Origin: Octopus sinensis
Taxonomy: Eukaryota
Assembly (NCBI RefSeq): GCF_006345805.1
Contig: NW_021826204.1
Coordinates: 1 to 34,505, forward strand
DNA length: 34,505 nt
Direction of reading: 5' to 3'
The stretch's first letter is position 1, and every line of letters begins with the position of its first letter. Both the position numbers and the translations under genes were made by a program. Positions 1 to 11,689 of the stretch are shown piece by piece. Under the pieces are notes generated by a model. That model was not told where the DNA came from and did no database searches. It saw only the letters and a list, made by a program, of their open reading frames with translations.

Positions 1-469
1 AGATCTCAGGCATGACATGTGTCAAAGTCGCTTGCTGTGCTCGGTCGCGTGCTCGGCTCGTGATATATTAAATAAATATCCACTAGAATTTGAGAGAAGT
101 ACTAATTGTGAACTTAATTGTAAGTTCTGTTGTGTTCTCGCAAACTTTTCGAAAAATTTTAACGTGGGTCAACACAGACAGACTGAAATGGATAATAAAA
201 AAATAAAACACACTACTTCGTCAATCGAAATTGATTGCAGTTCCAAATGATTTTTGTTTTAAATTAGTTTTGATGATGACGGATGTGAATATCCCTCTTT
301 ATAAAATTTTTCATAATCATTATGTTCCATCGGAAACACATTGTCGCAAATTAGTATATATGATAAATATCTTGTAAATGTTAAACGGATCAAAAATCTT
401 ATTTTAAATTTGAAAATATTTTTGAATGTTGATCAAACCCAAATTTTAAAAATCGATTAAAAGAAATCC

Positions 470-650
470 ATGGTGCAACGATTGCTAATTGTTTTCCAGA
501 AATTTGTTCAATGTTATGGAAATGTCCAGCTATAACTATTTCGATTGAATGAAGTTTTTTATGCTTTAGAAAATGCTGGAGAAGGATAGAAACTAAAAAA
601 TGATAACATTACATATTATTTCTCGTTATATTATAATAAATTTGAGTGCC
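470..650 (+). mobile_element. Degenerate hAT-type transposase C-terminal (dimerisation) remnant; second copy at about 28952-29132
   Basis: Translation FPEICSMLWKCPAITISIE*SF..L.KML.KDRN...NITYYFSLYYN resembles the hAT P-x-T-S-x-x-x-E-R-S-F-S motif region. Stops and a frameshift are present. Confidence 0.5.
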
Positions 651-1043
651 ATATAAACGAACACTTAAAACTGTATTAATACATAAAAATAAAAAGTTAT
701 CAGATCATATTCACGGGCATATATTTTTGTGGCTATATAAATCATACTTTGTCGGTCATATTTGAATTTTTTAAGTCATATTTGCGGTTGCCCTAATGAT
801 GAAAAATGTGATTCATTTTTAACATAATAATTATTAAAAAACTCAATTAATAAATTCTTTACTGTATGAGAACGTGATTTCACTTTGAGAGTATTTATGT
901 AACGATTTAATTAATTCTGAAGTGTTTTTTTGACTATCATGAACCAACTGTTTATTTTTCAAAGTTTTTAATTACACTTGTTAAAAATATGTGACCATAT
1001 TTATTTTTATATTCGATTAAGCTTTATAGTCAAACTTAAACAA

Positions 1044-2016
1044 ATGAATTCTATTCTTTACTTGTTGGCATCATGGATTTCTTTAAGTCTATAAACTATT
1101 TAATATAATTAAAAGGTTCTGGATATTTTATGAAGTCATACCTTTTTAATTATTATTTCTTGTACACTGGAAATAAACTAAACTACCAAGCAGCTCTTAA
1201 TCTTTGCGAAGCATTTGATCTACAGTTAATGGACTCATATTCTCCAAAACAAAACCAATTTATACTTAGTTTTTTGATTACTATAACTTCTAGACGTTTC
1301 TAAAACACTAGGGGGGAATTTTTGGATTGCACAAACTATTCGTGATGAAAAATTCAGACATCATTATAATTCAGCTTTAGTTACTAATATTTTAAATTAT
1401 AAAATACCAGAAATATGCAAATTGGGGGAATCACGAACCAATAATGTCCGGAAAATGTCAAAAATGTATAGAAATTGACGAATGCGGGAAATGGCAAACA
1501 ACTTGCTGCACAGATAATAGATATTTTTTATGCAATTCTGGAGGTTATTAGCCCGATATATCTGCTCTATATTTAGTCACAAATGTGTCTTGCCATGGAG
1601 GCTACTGCTATCTTTATCACAAATCAAAAGTACTATGCACTGCAGCAGAAACCATTTGCTCAAAAATAAATGGAACTTTAGTAGAACCGAGCGACAGTGA
1701 CGAAAATCAATTTCTTTTTGGTATTTTATTAATTACACAAAACGATAGAAAATTTTGTGGACCAATACCAAACCGAAATCTGGATAAAACAACCTCCTCA
1801 AAATCAAGTCTTTAAAAAATAATTATATAGGCATTCCAACATTGGTCAAATCGTGACATGTCCGATAAAATTAAGGGACAATGTATTTATATGAACTTAT
1901 GTGGAAAATGGGAACATCTTGCAGTTACTGATAATTCCAAGATAACAAAGCCATTTGTTTGTAAAGTTCGCCAAGTTGATCAGGGTAAATTCTGCAAATG
2001 TAACACCAATAAATAA
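1044..2016 (+). CDS. Secreted protein with two tandem C-type lectin domains (7 exons; introns 29, 25, 31, 33, 28, 23 nt)
   Basis: Hand-spliced: signal peptide MNSILYLLASWISLSSG. CTLD1: YQAALNLCEAFDLQL..QNQF..FWIAQ..KYANWGNHEP..CIEIDECGKWQTTCC..YFLC. CTLD2: CHGGYCY..AAETICSKINGTLV..ENQF..IWIK..QHWS..CIYMNLCGKWEH..PFVC. All introns are GT-AG and keep frame. Confidence 0.85.
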
Positions 2017-2199
2017 TGACCAGGACTTAATACATAACAAAATTAATATTAATTACAATTCTAAATTTTAATAAATGATTTGTTTATTTTACAATTTTAT
2101 CATTCAGAGTGTTTTTAAAACTCCCAGGAGATCGATTTTTCCAGACATAAGAAGTATAAAATTTTTGTGTAATTAATAAAATACCAAAAAGAAATTGAT

Positions 2200-4620
2200 C
2201 CAAAATCGACCAGTAAAAGAGACGGAGAAAGACCCAAACGAAAGCGGAGATATATTGAAATAACTTATTCACAAGGATGCGAAAGGATCTATTGGAACAA
2301 CTGTCTGCAAAAGCCACTCAAACCTGTTGAATCTAAATATTGCCGATGTTGCAAAAAAAGGCCATCAAACTGAAAATTGAAAAAACAAATGACCAGAAAG
2401 TAAAAGAAAAACTCAAGAGAATGTAGACAAATATCGAGAAAAATTAAGAAGGAAAATTTTAAATACGTGAAAACTTCATTAAACTCTCAAATATCAGAAA
2501 TTGAACCTAAAGGATGGTTCACAGACCTGAAAGATGACCATTAGGCTACTGAATCGTCGACAACAGAAAACAAATCTAATTGGGAAAACAATTCGAAACT
2601 TAATCGAATGGTCAATGCAATTGACAGCCACTTGAAAAACCAATTCAATGACAAAATCGATTCTCTTGATGAAAGTGAAGAACGTTATCTAAACCAGGGG
2701 TTCTCAACCTTTTCAGCTCAAGGGCCAAATCGATAATTAAGATTAGCTTCGCGGGCCGCACAAAAAATATTTTATATATTTTTATATTTTCCAAGCCGGT
2801 AACTCGCTTGCAATCCGAAGTGCAGCCACTGCTGATGCGTAATGAGTTTTTTGGACTCTTTTTTTCTTTTTTTAATTTCCATTTCCTTTATAAAGAAATA
2901 AAAGTTAAAAAATCTACAAAAGGCGTTGAGCTAAAAAGAAAGTATTATTTGTTTATTAAGTTTTTGAAATCCGGAATAAGTAAAGTCGAAGAAGTTTGTA
3001 AAAGCTGACTCGAGTGATTATCCGTGAGTTTGTTGCGATATTTATTTTTTATTCAAATCATTTTACTAAATATTTATTCGCATAAATATGTAGATCCAAA
3101 CATTGATATAATATATGCATTGTGTGTTATATTTTTGAATTTGTCTTGAGGAATTAATTCGTAAAAATTAATAATGGACGCATTTTCGAATAATGCCGCC
3201 AGTTCTATATCATGTTGTAAATTAATGAGTTCTAGTTGAAACTTTGCAGGCGCATCCTTAATTTTCACGCTGAATGGAATTGCAAATATTTTCATTAAAG
3301 GAAGGAATGAAGTTTTGAAGGCTATAAAAAACTAAAAAACAACCGTGCGGCGGGTCCAGACAACAACAAAGGTGAGTTGATATTGTACTTAAGAAATCTC
3401 AACTATAATTTACAAATCTCATGAAAAAGATTTTCCATGCTAATACTATGTTATCTATTGGGAAGATTCCTCTTCAAAAACTCAACAAGCTGCAAAATCC
3501 ATTTAACAACATTTGCCCGATCATACTCCTGAACACAAGGAATATCTTTTCACTCGTAACACTGTAACGCATTAAAGACCCTGTCAATGACTATCTGTCG
3601 GCTAGCCAAAGTGAAATTAGGCCTGGAAGATCAACTGCAGATGTAAAATGGGGGCATATATGGATTTATGGCATATGTCAAAAATTTGAAATGGCAACCA
3701 CAATATTAGGTATTGATATGGGAAGAGCATTTGATACGTTTCGCAGAGACAAGCAAATAAAAGTCCTCAGAAATATTTTTGACGATGACTCGATTAGAAT
3801 TGTTCGAGCACTGCTTATAGACATCTATAGTTAACAGTAAAGACCGGGCCCGTAGAATCCAAATATTTTAAAACAAATATTGTAACGCCCCAAAGTCATT
3901 CGATATCGCTTGTACTATTCATTGTCTAGCTCGAAGCAACACTGAAGTGATTTATGCCGACGGTGTAGACTTTTTGTCGAAACTCCAAGAATCGCTAAAC
4001 ATTGTTTCCCAAGCACTGAAAAAATGGTTCTTGAAAATGAACATCAAAAAACTGAGTATGTAACAATCAACCGGAAGGCAAACAGAACAGGCGAAAAATG
4101 ATAAAACTCAAAAAAAGTTGAAACATTCGTAGGAGATAGCGAAGACATTATGAGGAAAAAAATGCTGTCGACTGTTGCACTTAACGATCTGTGGACGACG
4201 TGGCTACGAAACCGCAAGGTTGGAAGTTTGAACTAAAATTTCTCGATGCGTTTTACAGAAAACAGGTAAGACTTCTTATCGGCATCAACTGACCGAAGAA
4301 AATCAAGAACTTTACTCTATACTATATATCTGAAACAGTAGACCCATCACGTTACCGAAACTCGTTGGCGCCTATTCGGCACATACTAAAACTCGACACA
4401 GCTTCTTATGTCAGCTAAGCAATGGAATTATAATACAAAAATGACAAATCAAAGTTCCGAGGAGGTTCACGGACAACTCTACCCATTGTTATCCCGAGAG
4501 ACCTTCACCACATTAAAAGACAGCTAAAAATCAGAGACGACTTTGATACTCTCAGGAGTATAGCATGGAACCGTGCATCTTGGAAAAATATGATTAAGGC
4601 AGCAGTTTCATGTATGGCAT
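2200..4620 (+). mobile_element. Decayed APE-type (RTE-like) LINE reverse transcriptase, interrupted by a hAT remnant; copy B at about 30680-32090
   Basis: Motifs PGRSTAD (~3623), GIDMGRAFD (~3709), IYADGVDF (~3950, decayed YADD) and LFGHILKLD (~4370), with many stops and frameshifts. The 5' boundary is uncertain. Confidence 0.75.
2695..3370 (-). mobile_element. hAT (Charlie/SPIN-like) DNA transposon remnant, present only in copy A
   Basis: Terminal CAGGGGTTCTCAACC at 2695 with subterminal GCGGGCCGCA. The minus ORF 3074-3295 (..AKFQLELINLQ..FKNITHNAYIISMFGSTYLCE) matches the hAT C-terminal FGSTYLCE motif. The opposite TIR was not found. Confidence 0.75.
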
Positions 4621-5164
4621 ATGTGGGAACTTAATTAATTTTTCTTTACATTATGTTCCTATGATAGTGAAAATAATAATGATATTAACATCTATTAGGT
4701 ACTTTTTAATTAAATAGTGATAACATATAAAATCATTTATCAACTTTCCAATAATCATTTTTGTTTTCAAATGACCAAAAAATTCTCTAGAGTTTGACAA
4801 GGACCTTTCTTAGTTTTTTGTTGTAAAATATACTGAAATAGTGCGGTGCATTCGTTTTTTCTAAATTACACAGAAGTCAAATTGAATTTATTATATTAAA
4901 CAAAAATTAATGATATGAAAATCAATAATTTACGTGTATTAAAAAATAGTTACCTAAAGTGAATTGATTAAATGATTTTAGCTACATTCTTTTCGAATTC
5001 TTTATGTTTTCAAAAAGTATTAACATATTGATTAAATCAAAAAATACATAAATAATTATAACTATCACTAAGAATCGATACCAAACGTTGACACTCGAGG
5101 GATTATTGAATAATCGAACAATTCCAATTATATATTAATGATTATTAAAATAAAATCGTCTTAA

Positions 5165-5985
5165 ATGTCAAAAAATATTCGAAAATTGCCAGAGATTTTT
5201 GAAACAAATGTAAAAGACAGAAACGATGCATTGATAACTTGTGATGAATATTAATAATTTTACTAGTTTTGGACAATTTAGATTTTGATAATTTGAAAGT
5301 AAATAATTATCCTCGCCAATTAAGTGAACTATGTATCAATTCTACATTTGTCGCCCCGGGAATCAAAAGAGACGACCTAAATACTCCAATTTTTAGAAAA
5401 ATAAGATTATTTGGAACTTTTTCTGGAATTTTGAGTACAATATTTCACTGTTTACTATTATGGAAAACTGTTTTCAGTTCTGGAACTATGAATATATCTC
5501 TTATTAATCCATGTTTTGCTAATGTTACTGCGATATCATTAACAGGATGCGAGTCTATATCAAGTATGTATAACTTTATGTCAAAATAGGATTTCAATCT
5601 GTTACAAGCTGTTTAGCGATTTTTGGACTAACAATGAATATTTTTAGCATATTCTTATCTACAATCGGAATTTTTCACAAATTCCTAAGTAAAAAATTAT
5701 ATTATTATCACTCGGCAGCAGAAGGATTTATAGTTTCAGGTTTTTTATTTTATGATCATTTTAGGTATATCGATGTTTATAACAATGTCTCTGGTAACTT
5801 ATATGATCGAACATCAAAAAAATTTGTCATCAAATATACATCATGGAGAATTCAAATACGATTATGGATTTTATTGTGGATGGATTTCTAGTGCCCTTCA
5901 TTTTATATCTGCTCTGTGTTTTCAATTTGATGAAATGGATGTTTTTCATAAGATAGTTGATAATTTTCAGAAAAGTATAAATTGA
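5165..5985 (+). CDS. PMP22/EMP/claudin-superfamily tetraspan membrane protein (4 exons; introns 26, 26, 25 nt)
   Basis: Splicing joins the three overlapping ORF-track fragments into one frame. It has four hydrophobic segments, a C..C pair in the first extracellular loop, and YDYGFYCGWISSALHFISAL typical of the claudin-like TM4 (Y/W-G-x-S/C-F-Y-x-G-W). Confidence 0.75.
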
Positions 5986-6066
5986 TATTTATTTTATCCT
6001 TTTTTAATTTTATAAAATATAATTAAATGTGATATAAATATGGAATGGTGAGAATATTTTTTTGTT

Positions 6067-6453
6067 ATGAGTAATAAACATGGCCAAGAACGTATGAATT
6101 ACCTCTATCAGGTGAAATGAAATTATTTTTTTAATCATAAATAGCTGTCAAATATAATGATTCATTCTGATTCTTGTCCTTCTATTTTAACCAGAATGAA
6201 TATCTCTACCATGAAACGAATTGGTCGAAAGACAGTTCAGAGACTGTAGTATTTGATAAAAATATATTGTAGTGATAGATCTATCAAACGCTCAATTTGT
6301 AAATATTGTAATATTATCCTCGCTCCGGGTAAATCAGCAACTTTTTTTCTTCAAGGACGATCCTTGATTACTATTTGTTTGAATTGTTCCAACCAAAGAT
6401 CATTTATACAAAAAACGGGCTTTCATCAAGATCCTGGTTTTAGACTTGAATAA
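6067..6453 (+). CDS. RPP21: Ribonuclease P protein subunit p21 (Rpr2/RPP21); introns 6112-6144 and 6246-6272
   Basis: Spliced: ERMNYLYQ..MKRIGRKTVQRLDRSIKRSICKYCNIILAPG..ITICLNCS (Rpr2 zinc ribbon CxxC..CxxC). An alternative start is ATG 6040 with a 24-nt GTGAGA intron (6048-6071). Confidence 0.9.
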
Positions 6454-6499
6454 TTTTTAATACAAAATGAATAATAAAAATGCAACTTTTATACTTTTT

Positions 6500-7200
6500 G
6501 TTCTTTGATTGTTTTTTAATAACTTATTTAATAACCAAATATCAAATTTAGTTAATTACTTGATGTATTTTGTTAATCAAACTTTTCTTTTTAGGCTCAA
6601 TTCCATACCAGATCATAACAGCAAGGATGATTTTCTCTTTCATTCAGTCGATTGCCTCCAGTTCATTTGCCGTCAAGCTATATTTGCAAAATTCTTCTAC
6701 TTCGACCTGCTTGAGACAATTTTTTAAAATGACCCCCATCTCAATAAAATTAATTGTTTTACTCGAATTTGCGTGAACAAAAATTTTAGTTTTGCTATTC
6801 TAGATAGCAGTATTTGCGGGAACGTCGGTGTCGACTAGGATTTCTACAAATTTGATAATGATAACAAATTAGATTGATTGGGTTTTTAATTTTTTGAGTC
6901 TTTTATTCAATATTGCAGGCGTAGATGCAAATGCAGACATTTGATCACTTCGTTATTGGCGTCTGAGGAAGGAGCTGTTAAGCATTTGGCCACACCTAGT
7001 AGTAAAGTATCAACAGTCTTTTTATATGAGTTACAGTGACTGCATTTATTCTCTCCCTTATTTAAAAACAAGTTTCGGTATTGCAGTATGCACAGGTTTG
7101 CTTCGGTCCGGGGGAATTTTTTTTCATAGTCTGGTCACCCACGAGATTTATTAACATGAACTCAACTTCAGTATTTATCAAATATTAACACAAAATAAAG
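6500..7200 (-). mobile_element. R4/Dong-like non-LTR retrotransposon C-terminal (zinc knuckle + RLE) relic; partial copy at about 33962-34505
   Basis: Minus translation LQYRNLF..KCSHCNSYKKTVD..RCGQML..NEVIKCLHL..VEILVDT..KIFVH..QVEVEEFCKYSLTANEL..VMIWYG, with stops. It shares an 18-bp exact match (7027-7044) with the 14240-16090 element (15015-15032). Confidence 0.75.
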
Positions 7201-7628
7201 TGCAAGGGATTCTTTTTGATTTTTCAGTAAATATTCAACTTGAAGTTGATATTCAGGCTCAATATATTGAGCTTCTTTTTTAGGTCTAGGATTTTCCTCA
7301 ACATCTCCGGAGAGGATGAGCCGCCCGCGGGAAAGTTCCCGAACTTGGAGGAAGTGCTGCCCAGAGGGAGGTCATCTGGATGGATGTCGACAAATGGTTC
7401 TTTTTGAATACAATTTAAGATTTTATCTGATGCGAACAAAAATGGTGAACCACATGACGCGCGGTCTTTTATTTTTTTGGCGTCCCTCTCACATTAAAAG
7501 TTTGAAAACTTTCAAATACGCTGCTACGTTACTGAGTATAAAGTAATAATTTTTCGTATTGTTTTGAACATTAGATTCACACCGTTTCGAAATAATATTA
7601 TTTGTTTTAAGTTAAATGTTTAGGATTG

Positions 7629-8150
7629 TTAAGTGTAAGGATATTGGCAGATGAATCCGGTTTTACGTAGGCATGAAATATCATACATCTTCCCATCTGA
7701 ATTTATGGCAGCACAATCTTCGTTATATTTGTTATCTGGTTGGTCAGCTCCCCACTTTATTTCCGACTATAAATGTTTAATAAAATCAATTAATCTACTA
7801 TACAGCCAAATTTCCTTCTGTGTCTTTGAACTTGCCTTCTGTGACTTGATCATCATAACCAACAAAATAATCTTTGCTGTATTGTTTGATCAGTACTTTA
7901 ATAGTTAGTTTTTTATATGGCACCATTTATATATTCCAATTCTTTGTCCGATTTAAATGTTGCTAAGTCTCCTCCATATATTTGGCATAAATATTTTCCA
8001 GAACGTTGAAATCTATAGACGTTGTATATCTTAAAACACTTCTGGATGTCTTTATTGCAATCTCCTTAAGGTTTAACAAAATGGAATACCTTTCCAAGTA
8101 ACAGACAGAATTTGATTAAGATTTAATATAACAGTCAAGTATAATAGCAT
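7629..8150 (-). CDS. Secreted single-domain C-type lectin with QPD motif (4 exons; introns 25, 28, 37 nt)
   Basis: Spliced: MLLYLTVILNLNQILSVTWKGDC..CFKIY..LCQIYGGDLATFKSDKELEYI..YFVGYDDQVTEGKF..KWGADQPDNKYNEDCAAINSDGKMYDISC..FICQYPYT*. The gene is absent from the ORF track. Confidence 0.9.
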
Positions 8151-8351
8151 TGTTTCGTATAATTACTTTTTGAAATATAAGTTAATATACATATTAAGTA
8201 AACATCTGTTATTATGAGCAGCTGACTATTTTTTATAATTAGATATGAAGCAATATTAAGCAAAATATTTATTTAAGATTAAAATATTTCTAAATAAACA
8301 AACTGGTAAATTTCATTACAAAAAATATCTATTTGATAAATAAGAGACTGG

Positions 8352-9150
8352 AATTATTATTATTATTAAAGACCAAACACGGGCAAAGCCAGTTAATTAT
8401 AGTTATTCCCGTGATCGCCGATCCAAACGAGGGAGATCCTAATGAAAGGTTCGATCCTGCCCGCATGATCGGCCTGAGACGACGATGTCCCAGGGTCTGA
8501 GAGCTAGAAGTCCTTTTTCGGTAGGCATTAAGTGCCTCCTGAGCGTTGCCATATCCGATTGGAATTTTCCAACTGACATGGTGGACCCCGTAACGCCACG
8601 CTAAGACCGGAAGGTAAGAGATCCTCATTTCCAACTGTGTCGTGCCAGAAGTACTCGTTACCTCACGGGCAGGGGAACGATAACGAGAATTGGCCCCAGG
8701 ATGAAAACTGGCCTCCTTCGGAATCGAACTCACGACTGTCCAAATCCATTATCCATAGCTTAGTCTTCAGCCAAGAGACTGGAATCACAGTCCATAAAGG
8801 TTTGAATCATTGTGAGGTGAAAAATCTCTATAAGTACGACCTACTTGCAAGTGAATTGGAATAATCCACAATGCTATTAGTACATCAGAGAGTATACGCG
8901 GTCCAACAGGAGGCGAATCGAGGAGGCCCAACAAAGGGCCCTCAGATTAACCGATCGTTGGTCGCATGATAGCCAACGCCCCGGTCCAGCTTCTCTGGAA
9001 GACCTCATCAAGCTGAACCTCGGCCCGTCAGCGAATGCTCCGCCAAAAACAGCCTGCTGCCCTGTGCGATCTTGTGTGGGCTCGTGGAAAGATCACCGAG
9101 CGAAGATGAGGTCCCTGGTTGAGTGCATTGGGATCACGTGACGTTTGTTC
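8352..9150. mobile_element. GC-rich composite retroelement debris
   Basis: (ATT)5 at about 8352-8368 reads as a (TAA)n tail on the minus strand. The plus-strand ETGIT..EVKNLYKYDLLASELE (~8775-8864) resembles the R4 RLE motif EVGIT..EK..KYDLLANEL. The flanking GC-rich pieces are unassigned. Confidence 0.45.
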
Positions 9151-9449
9151 GGTTTTTAGCGTGGTCTTGGTGATTTAATGAATAAATAAAATAAATACGC
9201 ATAGGACATAAGTTTGGAATGATCTCTCCAGAAGAATGCCAAAAGACTTTTTTACAAATTGAGCAACGAAGTCTTGCCAAATGAAGTCATTGAGTCGAAC
9301 TTAAGAATGATCACAGAAGATGCTAACCCTGTAAGATGGATGAGTGGTAAGTACAGCTCAAGAATGAACAAAGATTCCTTTAGCTGGTAGAAAGTTATTT
9401 TTGTTTTTTAGTCACCTGCATTTTACAACATTCACATCAGTGCTTTTCA

Positions 9450-10750
9450 GACACTAGTATAGAATTGAGTGTAAAGGTTTTTTCTCAATTTTTTCTAGTG
9501 GATGTAAAAGTTAAATCTTTTGGAGTTTTCTAGATCTCAATCTCTTCTCATTGTTAATTAAAACTGATTTGTAATACTTTTTTTTATAATTCCATAATTG
9601 CTCTATTGAATTCACTACTTGACAATATTAAGAATTTATAGTTTTCTCTAACTTCAACATGAAAACTGGGATTCGCTTTTTCAAATACTAAGAAACATGA
9701 GAAGATTTGAAAATATTTGATTGGACTGAAAAAATCCGTAAGATTTTATGAAAATAGATATTTATCAGCTCGGTATCTTATTCGTTTTAAAATTATCAAT
9801 CTGATTTCTCGATCTTAGAAATCGAACTTTCTTTTTCCGATAACTATAAAGGCTGTCAGATGTCTTTTAATCAAAACTCTATGTACTTGGATTCTTAATG
9901 GTAGCTCTGGTTATTTTTCTCTCATCTAATGTAATTGCCTTAAACAAGGCTGAAGAAGGAATTCCCGTTATCAAAGATCATCTGTTCAAATGTTAATCCT
10001 GGATGCCAAATCAATTGAAATTAATCTGAAAGTAGCCGGTAGCGCTCATGCGTGTAGAATTCGACAATTCGAAATACAAGTTGATATTCTATTCATATCG
10101 GAACTGGATGTTCGCAATGCTTTAATAGAAGTTAACCTAGATATCTCTCTTCAGAAGTTCATACTTGGAGTTCTATGTTATATCCAGTTTTATTCTCTTC
10201 ATAATACTCTTGCAACTTTTTGGGAATTTTGCAATGGATACATAGATACTCACGTCCATCAAAGAATAGATTCCTATTTTGTAGAAAACAGTATAGAGTT
10301 TCACATCATGGAGAGTTAATCCCTTTTGCCAACACTTTACTTGATATTTTGATATCGAAATTTAAACAAAGGGGGGTGAAGCAATTTACTTCTAATTTTC
10401 TTACTTAAATATTGCATGTGCGCTTCTCTCAATTTTCTAACAGTAATAGCATGTTTGTCAGTAGTTCTCTACTTTGCGATAATTGCAATATGCCATTTTT
10501 GTTTATTCCCGACCTCCATAGACAAAAATTGAATTTTTTTATTTAAATCTTTCAGAAACAGGAGGACCATTCGTTTGCTTATAAAAATAGAGTCAAAGGT
10601 AAATTAATTGTTTTAAGGATTAATTAAAAGCCAGTGAAATAAAAGTAATTGACAATGACATCCATAATTTTTGTTGAGGTATTTCCTTCTTGAGAACTTA
10701 TTTTAAGATTCTCCACAAAAAACAAGTGATTCTTAAATTAATTCAAAATT
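9450..10750 (-). mobile_element. Heavily decayed R4-like element C-terminal region
   Basis: Minus strand at about 10350-10190 reads WQKGINSP*CETLYCFLQNRNLFFDGREYLCIHCK, homologous to LIQDRNLFFDNAGALCSHC in the 14240-16090 element. Boundaries are poorly defined. Confidence 0.55.
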
Positions 10751-11505
10751 TAGGAAAATTAGTATTCGACTGAGAGGACCTATGACCATAACAAAAAATT
10801 GACGGGATAATGAATCACGTTGTAGAATTCCACAGTTAAGTTTACATAGGAGACCATTATCTAACGACATTTTTCACAAGGTTTGTTATTGACAGATGAG
10901 TTCCTACACACTCCAGCACATGGAATAAAAAATTGCATCAGTTGATCATCATAACCAACAAAATAAGACTTTTTGTAATAAAAAGTTAAACCAAATCAAC
11001 AGTTTCCTTCGGATCGGGATCAACGGAAATAGGATTGGATAGATTTCAATCTTTTATTTTTTTGTTTAATTGTAAACTTATAATATTGGGATTTTTTTGT
11101 TTTTCGACTCTTTGCATTCGAACTTCAATACGTACACGTGTTCGTGAACACTCTCTTATTTTTTGTCTTTAATACGTAGACGTGCTTATGAATAGTGCCA
11201 TCTCTTTATATAAAATATTTACTAAATCAACTTGTTTTTAATAAAAAAACTGTTGTGAAAGAAAAAATATTCTAAAAAAGTTGTTAATAGCTGTATAACT
11301 CATACAAATGACTAGATTTTTCCGTCTAACACTGGCTGTACATGATAAATTGCTATCTTTTGAGCAAAAATACGAATTATTTTTTGCGAAACAACGAAAC
11401 TAATCAACTTGCATGAATATTGCGGAAGGATTAACATTTCCGTAAGAATTTAATTAATCGCCCAATATATTATTCTAGTTAACGCTAAATGTTCAAACTA
11501 CAGTC

Positions 11506-11689
11506 ATGGGGTTAGTCACCTTTTGTCACAAATTAATTAAATTAAAATAGAAAAACACAAGAGCCAAAGACAAAGACAGACATTCCTACTCAGCCCGCTG
11601 GAAAAGATGCCGTTATGAGCCAAATCAAGAAAGGAAAACCTAAATTGGCACATGCAACAACAAACGATCGAAGTGCTCCAATGAAGTAA
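11506..11689 (+). CDS. 47-aa WH2 / actobindin / beta-thymosin-like actin-binding microprotein (intron 11511-11550)
   Basis: ATG GG|gttagt...aaatag|A gives MGKTQEPKTKTDIPTQPAGKDAVMSQIKKGKPKLAHATTNDRSAPMK*. GKDAVMSQIKKGKPKLAHATTNDRSAP fits the WH2 pattern (helix + LKK/HxxTxD(K/R)SAP). Confidence 0.7.

Larger units (their letters stand above)
1..7049 (+). repeat. Segmental duplication, copy A (continues beyond window start)
   Basis: Matches 28483-34505 with offset 28482 up to about 2580, about 27384 after a 1114-bp segment (2599-3712) absent from copy B, and about 27461 after a ~77-bp segment present only in copy B. Identical ORFs appear in both copies in the ORF track. Confidence 0.97.

Noticed and set aside
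6500-6940. Long minus-strand frame with in-frame TAA, TAG and TGA, suggesting stop-codon reassignment or selenocysteine
   Set aside because: The translation is the decayed RLE domain of an R4-like element. Genuine genes here end in TAA/TGA and have no internal stops.
7235-7290. Two adjacent palindromes (7235-7249; 7257-7272) followed by CTAG, like a Helitron 3' end
   Set aside because: CTAG is followed by G rather than T, the hairpin is AT-rich, and there is no Rep/helicase or TC 5' end.
7224-7439. 71-aa minus ORF (MFASDK...)
   Set aside because: No recognisable domain, it starts at TTG, and it sits between TE debris. Product unsupported.
10550-10780. Series of GT..AG 28-32 nt segments suggesting another plus-strand gene
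   Set aside because: No splice combination I tried gave an open frame. The region overlaps an R4 relic on the minus strand.
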